A stretch of DNA of 4,125 nucleotides, taken from positions 1 through 4,125 of IMG/VR virus record IMGVR_UViG_2681813321_000001, one strand, 5' to 3'. The notes under the pieces were generated by a model. It did no database searches. It saw only the letters and a program-made list of their open reading frames with translations, and was not told the origin of the DNA. Origin of the DNA: a virus. Its lineage: Duplodnaviria; Heunggongvirae; Uroviricota; Caudoviricetes. Position 1 is the stretch's first letter; each line of letters starts with the position of its first letter. Below are positions 1 to 4,125 of the stretch, one piece after another. The position numbers were made by a program, and so were the translations under genes.

Positions 1-192
1 CTATTTCACCTTAATCTCAACATTTCGCAGCTTTAGCTCTACTGGCAGGTCTGACTTTCCTGTTAATGCTAATGCGAGATTTTCAGGAGTAATGAGAGCA
101 GTTATTGTTTTCCCCATCGCCAGACGAATAATCATTCGTATCTCGCGATCGTCACATGCTCCCGGTCGAACAATTGATATTTGTCCGTTCAT
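1..192 (-). CDS. small hypothetical prophage protein (63 aa)
   Basis: Minus-strand ORF ending with TAG at 3..1. The track start at 213 is a TTG codon; the in-frame ATG at 192..190 is preceded by AAGGAG with a 6-nt spacer and sits 1 nt after the TGA of the upstream gene (196..194), so I place the start at 192. No family recognised. Confidence 0.45.
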   Translation of the reverse strand: MNGQISIVRPGACDDREIRMIIRLAMGKTITALITPENLALALTGKSDLPVELKLRNVEIKVK

Positions 193-193
193 C

Positions 194-661
194 TCACTCT
201 CCTTTGATGCCAATGTTTACAGCCTGACAAGCCTCTTTGAGCACCCAGTCAACAGCGTCTTTCCATGCTCCGGTTTCGACTGGCGGATTTTCACTCTTAA
301 CCTGTTCATAGAAGCGCACCGCTTTAATCAATCCTTCGGGTGTCAGTGGCACAGGCTGGGCCGTGAATAACGCCTGAATTTCATAGTTCGGCCTGTCGTT
401 GCAATCCTCTTTTGTCGGTACATATTTCCAGTCACCAACCCACGGCTTCTCCTGAAAGTTCGTAACGCCTTTTCTCACGTAGCGATATCGCCATGTCACC
501 GGTTCGGCTTCCAGCGATGCCAGCGCGACTTTAAATGCGGTAAGTACGTTTTTAACCACATCGATTTTGAATACTATTTCATCACATACAAACGATTTAT
601 CGTCTACTACCGTTTCAATTCCGGTAATCGTGTTTTGTAGCCATTTGGTTAATTCAGCCAT
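194..661 (-). CDS. hypothetical prophage protein (155 aa)
   Basis: ATG at 661..659, TGA at 196..194; a long ORF on the same strand as all neighbours and tightly coupled to the next gene. Preceded by the only sizeable intergenic gap among the small genes (662-792). No family recognised. Confidence 0.6.
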   Translation of the reverse strand: MAELTKWLQNTITGIETVVDDKSFVCDEIVFKIDVVKNVLTAFKVALASLEAEPVTWRYRYVRKGVTNFQEKPWVGDWKYVPTKEDCNDRPNYEIQALFTAQPVPLTPEGLIKAVRFYEQVKSENPPVETGAWKDAVDWVLKEACQAVNIGIKGE

Positions 662-670
662 TTTTCATTA

Positions 671-686
671 CCGCCCTTTCGGGCGG
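671..686 (-). promoter_or_regulatory. GC-only 6-bp stem with GAAA tetraloop (minus strand CCGCCC-GAAA-GGGCGG) 9 nt upstream of the start codon of the 155-aa gene
   Basis: Read directly from the sequence. It overlaps the position where a Shine-Dalgarno element would sit (AAGGG is in the loop and 3' stem). Not followed by a U-tract on either strand. Confidence 0.3.
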
Positions 687-742
687 TCTCCTGATGTTCT
701 GAGAGTGCAGGAATCCCTCCGGTTAAGGATTTAATAAAATTC

Positions 743-780
743 ACTTCTGATTTAAATTTTTCAGTGTTTTGTTGTCAGGT
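743..780 (-). promoter_or_regulatory. candidate sigma70-like promoter in the 131-bp AT-rich intergenic region
   Basis: On the minus strand: CTGACA (plus coordinates 778..773), a 17-nt spacer, then TTAAAT (755..750). Matches are 5/6 and 4/6 to consensus. Weak, and by eye only. Confidence 0.2.
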
Positions 781-792
781 GGTTTATCGCCT

Positions 793-1104
793 TTATGCTT
801 CAACCTTATTTCTCAGCCATACACAAACCGGACCATCTTCAGTGTCATGAATGGAACCAATGAACCAGCCTTCACCTTCCGGGCGCTCCGGTTTCCAGGA
901 GGCAATATCGGGACCATCTGCGTCCAGATTAAAATCATCTTCATCCATAGTTCTGATGGTCCATTGAAGATTATTTCCCTCCATCCATGCGTTAAACTCT
1001 TCCGTTGAAATATGTTCTCTACCATCACAGAATTTTTCATATTCAGGATGCGTCCAGCAGCCATATTCATCACGTACTACTGGTATTTCTTTAATTTCAT
1101 TCAT
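793..1104 (-). CDS. hypothetical strongly acidic small protein (103 aa)
   Basis: ATG at 1104..1102 preceded by GGGAG with a ~7-nt spacer; overlaps the end of the upstream gene by 8 nt. By my count about 25 Asp/Glu against 9 Lys/Arg. Contains GEGWFIGS, similar to GEGWLIGW in the 120-aa protein. Confidence 0.6.
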   Translation of the reverse strand: MNEIKEIPVVRDEYGCWTHPEYEKFCDGREHISTEEFNAWMEGNNLQWTIRTMDEDDFNLDADGPDIASWKPERPEGEGWFIGSIHDTEDGPVCVWLRNKVEA

Positions 1105-1351
1105 TTCTGTTCTCCCACGTTTTCAGACTTTCACCACAGAACGGACAAAATGAAACCCGCACTGGTGATTTAGAAAATTCACCGGAACGCAACATCACCA
1201 AATCAGGGCCGCGAGTTAAACTCTCATTCCAGATTTTGTATATCAGCAGACCTTTTCGCGCCGTGTATTCAGCATCATGCTCAAGGGATTTTGCCAGTGC
1301 TGCACATGGTTCTATCTTATTGCCATTAATTTGGCATTTTGACTCACTCAC
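1097..1351 (-). CDS. hypothetical small Cys-pair protein (84 aa), possible zinc ribbon
   Basis: The track ORF begins at a GTG at 1387; I prefer the in-frame GTG at 1351..1349 because it is preceded by AAGGAGG (1364..1358) with a 6-nt spacer and forms a GTGA overlap with the upstream stop (1350..1348). The protein has C-x12-C near the N-terminus and CPFC near the C-terminus. Confidence 0.5.
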   Translation of the reverse strand: MSESKCQINGNKIEPCAALAKSLEHDAEYTARKGLLIYKIWNESLTRGPDLVMLRSGEFSKSPVRVSFCPFCGESLKTWENRNE

Positions 1352-1587
1352 TGGTTGCCTCCTTTGCGGATCTGCGCTGCGATGCACGAAAAAAAAGACT
1401 CTCGCGTATGACTGTTAAGAGCTGGCGCGAACGCCGCGTTAAGAACGGCAGCATCACAGCCGTCATCGATATAGAGCGCAATTTTTTTCTCTAGGCGTGC
1501 TTTAGCTTCCTGCAACTGCATACCCCGGCACGCACGCGGGATATACTCAGCAATTTGAGCGATAGATTTTTCGTTCTGTTTAAACAT
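1348..1587 (-). CDS. hypothetical prophage protein (79 aa)
   Basis: ATG at 1587..1585 preceded by GAGGTG; overlaps the upstream gene's TAA (1582..1580) by 8 nt; TGA at 1350..1348. No family recognised. Confidence 0.55.
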   Translation of the reverse strand: MFKQNEKSIAQIAEYIPRACRGMQLQEAKARLEKKIALYIDDGCDAAVLNAAFAPALNSHTRESFFSCIAAQIRKGGNQ

Positions 1588-1783
1588 GCTTCACCTCGAT
1601 AGGCTTGATGGTATCGATCAGCAGTCGGCGGCGAGTATTTTCTGCAAAGTGGCGGCGTCCGGTTTCTTTGTGGTAAAACTCGTTTTTTCCGACGACCCAC
1701 ATCCGCTTTGTCTGGTGCAGTTTTTTTACCTGCGGACCGTCTCGGGTGATAACAATTCCCGTATGAGTTTTTATCACGCTCAT
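1580..1783 (-). CDS. hypothetical small basic protein (67 aa)
   Basis: ATG at 1783..1781 forms an ATGA overlap with the stop of the upstream gene (1782..1780); GGAG lies ~9 nt upstream. Lys/Arg-rich (about 14 basic against 6 acidic), so possibly nucleic-acid binding. Confidence 0.5.
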   Translation of the reverse strand: MSVIKTHTGIVITRDGPQVKKLHQTKRMWVVGKNEFYHKETGRRHFAENTRRRLLIDTIKPIEVKHV

Positions 1784-2142
1784 TTCTTATTCTCCGGTGC
1801 TTTTGGCATTACTGCCCAGTGAGTGATATTGACGTTTTCAAGGTCCCCGACCTGAAATGTCCACTGCCATTCTCCGGTTTCTTTTTGTCCCCAGGTGTAC
1901 CAGAGAGAACGCCAGCCAATCAGCCAGCCTTCTCCGTTAGCATCAAATAACAGAACACTTTCATTTGCTGGCGGCAGTTCAGCTGACACTGGCATTATTT
2001 TGTTTTCCAGTGCCGCACATTTAGCTTCAAGCGCATCGAATTTACGTACCAGGTACTCAGCATTTGTTTCATTCACTTTCAGATCTCGCGGTACACATTT
2101 CCCGCGAAGAAACCCTTCCATTTCGAAAACATTCATGCGCAT
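1780..2142 (-). CDS. hypothetical prophage protein (120 aa); by position and length the yfdS-equivalent gene, with a DUF551-like C-terminus
   Basis: ATG at 2142..2140 with GGAG ~9 nt upstream; overlaps the yfdR stop (2135..2133) by 10 nt. It lies immediately downstream of yfdR, as yfdS does in CPS-53 as I recall, and has the same length. The C-terminal ITHWAVMPKAPE resembles the THWMPLPEPP ending I associate with DUF551 phage proteins; this needs a database check. Confidence 0.6.
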   Translation of the reverse strand: MRMNVFEMEGFLRGKCVPRDLKVNETNAEYLVRKFDALEAKCAALENKIMPVSAELPPANESVLLFDANGEGWLIGWRSLWYTWGQKETGEWQWTFQVGDLENVNITHWAVMPKAPENKK

Positions 2143-2669
2143 TTGCGTAACTCCGATAACTCGTTAAAACGTTCCATAAACATCCCGTAGGCATGGCCTG
2201 GTGACAGTGGAATAACTTTGAACATCTCTGTTGCCGGGATGCCTTCCAGTACAGGCCAGAAAGAGCCATCATCAAGCCCGAGATCGCGGCGTTCGGTTGC
2301 CAGCATAATGAGATCGGCATATTTCACTGGCGTGCTCATAACAGGAGGTAACCCGTATTTCTCACGGATTACGGCGTCTATTTTTTCTTCCATCCGTTTA
2401 TAGTCAGGAAGAAGTCGTTTCAGTGGCGCGGGGATGTCCTGGCAATATGCTTCTGTTGCATCATGCATTAACGCTTCAAAAGCAAATTCCTGCGGCACCA
2501 GCTGGCTGCAAAGCACCGCATGCTGGGCGACACTGTAGAAGTGTGAAAGATGTCCTGCAAAGCGACAGATATTTGAAAGGGAAACTGCGATATCGTTAAT
2601 CACGATGTCGTCTTTATTTATCTTGTCATAATAAAAATGCTTCCCGGAAAAAGTTTTAATAAATGACAT
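2133..2669 (-). CDS. yfdR: HD-domain phosphohydrolase, YfdR-like (CPS-53 prophage), 178 aa
   Basis: The protein starts [21 protein letters not shown] and carries HD-superfamily motifs (AGHLSH, then LMHDATEAY, then downstream Asp residues). The track ORF starts 9 codons earlier at a GTG (2696) that is itself part of the Shine-Dalgarno GTGGAGAAC; the ATG at 2669..2667 with GGAG 8 nt upstream gives 178 aa, the length I recall for E. coli K-12 YfdR. Confidence 0.85.
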   Translation of the reverse strand: MSFIKTFSGKHFYYDKINKDDIVINDIAVSLSNICRFAGHLSHFYSVAQHAVLCSQLVPQEFAFEALMHDATEAYCQDIPAPLKRLLPDYKRMEEKIDAVIREKYGLPPVMSTPVKYADLIMLATERRDLGLDDGSFWPVLEGIPATEMFKVIPLSPGHAYGMFMERFNELSELRKCA

Positions 2670-2918
2670 TTTGTTCTCCACGTATATGCACTGCACCGCG
2701 CTGAATTCTGGTAAAAGGAAGCCCTCACCATCCGGTGATTATTGAGTTAATTACGTTTCCATAAATGCCCCCGCAGGGGCATTTGCAGTAATGAAATCAG
2801 GCGGTGAAAGTACCAATAAAGGTTTCTACTTTGCTGTCTTTGAATTTCTCAACAAGCAGATCACGAAATTCGTTAGCCATTTCTTCCTGCAACGCTTCCA
2901 GCTGAATAATGCGCAGAA
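2246..2918. repeat. tandem direct repeat, copy 1 (673 bp): yfdR 5' two-thirds, yfdR leader/intergenic, and the 3' end of the yfdQ-like frame
   Basis: Direct comparison with 2919..3592: about 99% identical (6 substitutions plus one 1-nt indel). Begins with CCAGTACAGG (2246-2255). Confidence 0.9.
2763..2784 (-). promoter_or_regulatory. perfect 9-bp inverted repeat (AAATGCCCC / GGGGCATTT, 4-nt loop) in the yfdR leader; possible weak terminator, attenuator or processing stem-loop
   Basis: Read directly from the sequence, 13-34 nt downstream of the chimeric ORF stop and ~95 nt upstream of the yfdR ATG. On the transcribed minus strand the stem is followed by AUUUAUGG, only a short U-run, so not a strong canonical intrinsic terminator. 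Confidence 0.35.
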
Positions 2919-3342
2919 CCAGTACAGGCCAGAAAGAGCCATCATCAAGCCCGAGATCGCGGCGTTCGGTTGCCAGCATAATGAGATCGGCATATTTCAC
3001 TGGCGTGCTCATAACAGGAGGTAACCCGTATTTCTCACGGATTACGGCGTCTATTTTTTCTTCCATCCGTTTATAGTCAGGAAGAAGTCGTTTCAGTGGC
3101 GCGGGGATGTCCTGGCAATATGCTTCTGTTGCATCATGCATTAACGCTTCAAAAGCAAATTCCTGCGGCACCAGCTGGCTGCAAAGCACCGCATGCTGGG
3201 CGACACTGTAGAAGTGTGAAAGATGTCCTGCAAAGCGACAGATATTTGAGAGGGAAACTGCGATATCGTTAATCACGATGTCGTCTTTATTTATCTTGTC
3301 ATAATAAAAATGCTTCCCGGAAAAAGTTTTAATAAATGACAT
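2797..3342 (-). CDS. chimeric ORF from tandem duplication: YfdR N-terminus (141 aa) fused in frame to YfdQ C-terminus (40 aa), 181 aa
   Basis: The 5' part (3342 down to ~2929) is nearly identical to yfdR 2669..2256 (1 synonymous difference); the 3' part (2918..2797) is nearly identical to the last 122 nt of the gene at 3592..3471 (1 non-synonymous difference, Leu vs Val). The join falls in the shared 10-bp CCAGTACAGG, which encodes P-V-L in both parents. It has the same RBS and ATG context as yfdR (GTGGAGAACGAAATG). The HD motifs lie in the retained N-terminal part. Whether it is expressed or functional is unknown. Confidence 0.5.
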   Translation of the reverse strand: MSFIKTFSGKHFYYDKINKDDIVINDIAVSLSNICRFAGHLSHFYSVAQHAVLCSQLVPQEFAFEALMHDATEAYCQDIPAPLKRLLPDYKRMEEKIDAVIREKYGLPPVMSTPVKYADLIMLATERRDLGLDDGSFWPVLVLRIIQLEALQEEMANEFRDLLVEKFKDSKVETFIGTFTA

Positions 3343-3592
3343 TTCGTTCTCCACTTTATATGCGCTGCACCGCGCTGAATTCTGCTAAAAGGAAGCTCTC
3401 ACCATCCGGTGATTATTGAGTTAATTACGTTTCCATAAATGCCCCCGCAGGGGCATTTGCAGTAATGAAATCAGGCGGTGAAAGTACCAATAAAGGTTTC
3501 TACTTTGCTGTCTTTGAATTTCTCAACAAGCAGATCACGAAATTCGTTAGCCATTTCTTCCTGCACCGCTTCCAGCTGAATAATGCGCAGAA
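2919..3592. repeat. tandem direct repeat, copy 2 (674 bp)
   Basis: Begins with CCAGTACAGG (2919-2928); the same 10-mer recurs at 3593-3602 immediately after the copy, giving three occurrences at every repeat boundary. Differences from copy 1 (copy-2 coordinates): 3250, 3345, 3355-3356, 3364, 3385, 3397, 3566. Confidence 0.9.
3437..3458 (-). promoter_or_regulatory. second copy of the same 9-bp inverted repeat, downstream of the yfdQ-like stop
   Basis: Identical sequence to 2763-2784, displaced by 674 bp as part of the tandem duplication. Confidence 0.35.
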
Positions 3593-4125
3593 CCAGTACA
3601 GGACGATCGCCAGTGATAATGCTGAGGCGTAATTTAAACGGACGTTCTTTCAGGCCTTCAAACGGAACGCATTTAAATTCAAATGCCACTGGCATAATGT
3701 CTTTGGTTTTCGCTTCGACAGACTCCATCAGGGAGCGTTTGCCGCTGAAGTCATTGTCTTCAAAATCAGCGGTCTGGTTTGCTTCAATTGTGATTTTACG
3801 GACTGCCGCAGCCGCTTTGGTTGCCTGAATGGTGTCACCATTAGCATCAAAGCCCACAAGGTAGTCGGCCCAGTCTTCAATCCATTCTGCCAGTGACTTC
3901 TGGGAGTTACGCTCGCCATTAACAGACAACAGAGCAGAAAACGGTGCTGTCTTTTTCAGTTTGAGGGTGGCGGTGTTATCTGCGTGACCTGGTTCATCAA
4001 TAGTACCCAGGTTAAGCACACTGACGGCTCGCATATTATCGGCATCGATAAAGCAGCGGGTGCCTTCATCTGCAAGATCTTTAGAATAACGGGTAAAGTC
4101 ATCGATGCTGGCAGTGGAAAGCGCA
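3471..4125 (-). CDS. yfdQ: YfdQ-like prophage protein (DUF2303 family as I recall), 5'-partial; upstream neighbour of yfdR
   Basis: The reading frame is open from the window edge (4124) to TGA at 3473..3471, at least 217 codons. The track start at 4034 is only the first in-frame ATG; the frame continues upstream with no stop, so the true start is outside the window. Assignment rests on position immediately upstream of yfdR plus size (K-12 YfdQ is 274 aa as I recall), not on a verified alignment. Confidence 0.7.
   Translation of the reverse strand, partial: ALSTASIDDFTRYSKDLADEGTRCFIDADNMRAVSVLNLGTIDEPGHADNTATLKLKKTAPFSALLSVNGERNSQKSLAEWIEDWADYLVGFDANGDTIQATKAAAAVRKITIEANQTADFEDNDFSGKRSLMESVEAKTKDIMPVAFEFKCVPFEGLKERPFKLRLSIITGDRPVLVLRIIQLEAVQEEMANEFRDLLVEKFKDSKVETFIGTFTA

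Noticed and set aside
92-370. Plus-strand ORF of 92 aa, and likewise the other plus-strand ORFs (769-1008, 1236-1418, 1586-1822, 1895-2167, 2218-2403, 2791-3024, 3583-3828)
   Set aside because: Each lies antisense to a longer minus-strand ORF that has a recognisable RBS and coupled gene junctions. The plus-strand ORFs have no convincing Shine-Dalgarno signals and look like read-through of the opposite strand.
1-661. Toxin-antitoxin pair interpretation for the adjacent 155-aa and 63-aa genes, and a TorI or excisionase identity for the small genes
   Set aside because: There is no recognisable toxin or antitoxin motif, and the small proteins do not match the TorI sequence as I remember it. Gene size and adjacency alone are insufficient.
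813-1073. Alternative minus-strand frames (813-1073, 1491-1700, 2069-2320, 3728-3919)
   Set aside because: Each is embedded out of frame within a longer same-strand ORF that fits the coupled operon structure. They have no independent RBS support and are most likely frame-shadow ORFs.
2670-2696. N-terminal extension of yfdR (track start at 2696, MQCIYVENK...), the equivalent extension of the chimera (3354, MENE...), and the track starts at 213 (TTG) and 1387 (GTG)
   Set aside because: These track starts are GTG or TTG codons. For yfdR and the chimera the GTG is part of the Shine-Dalgarno sequence (GTGGAGAAC) for the downstream ATG, and the ATG start reproduces the 178-aa YfdR length. For the other two, a downstream start with a strong RBS and stop-start overlap is more plausible.
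2763-2784. Calling the intergenic inverted repeat a canonical rho-independent terminator
   Set aside because: The stem is good, but on the transcribed strand it is followed by AUUUAUGGAAAC rather than a run of 5 or more U residues. It is kept as a possible regulatory stem-loop only.
2246-3602. CRISPR array or insertion sequence as an explanation for the repeats
   Set aside because: There are only two copies of a ~673-bp protein-coding unit, in tandem, with no short repeat-spacer periodicity, no terminal inverted repeats, no transposase ORF and no target-site duplication beyond the 10-bp microhomology. A simple tandem duplication fits better.

Overview
This window reads as part of the early region of an enterobacterial (E. 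coli-type) prophage: ten tightly packed minus-strand genes, most joined by overlapping stop/start codons, with no convincing plus-strand gene. The two rightmost genes match, from memory, the CPS-53 cryptic-prophage cluster yfdQ-yfdR: a 5'-truncated YfdQ-like gene at the window edge and a complete HD-domain phosphohydrolase YfdR (178 aa). The standout feature is a ~673-bp tandem direct duplication (2246-2918 and 2919-3592) joined at a 10-bp microhomology (CCAGTACAGG), which leaves an in-frame chimeric ORF between the two parent genes: the first 141 codons of yfdR fused to the last 40 codons of yfdQ, with its own copy of the yfdR ribosome-binding site. The two copies differ at 7 sites, 5 of them packed into ~50 bp of the yfdR leader. 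Downstream genes are small and mostly unrecognised (one 120-aa, one strongly acidic 103-aa, one Cys-pair 84-aa, one basic 67-aa protein). No tRNA, rRNA, CRISPR array, IS element or integrase is visible. All homology statements are from memory and motif reading, not a database search.
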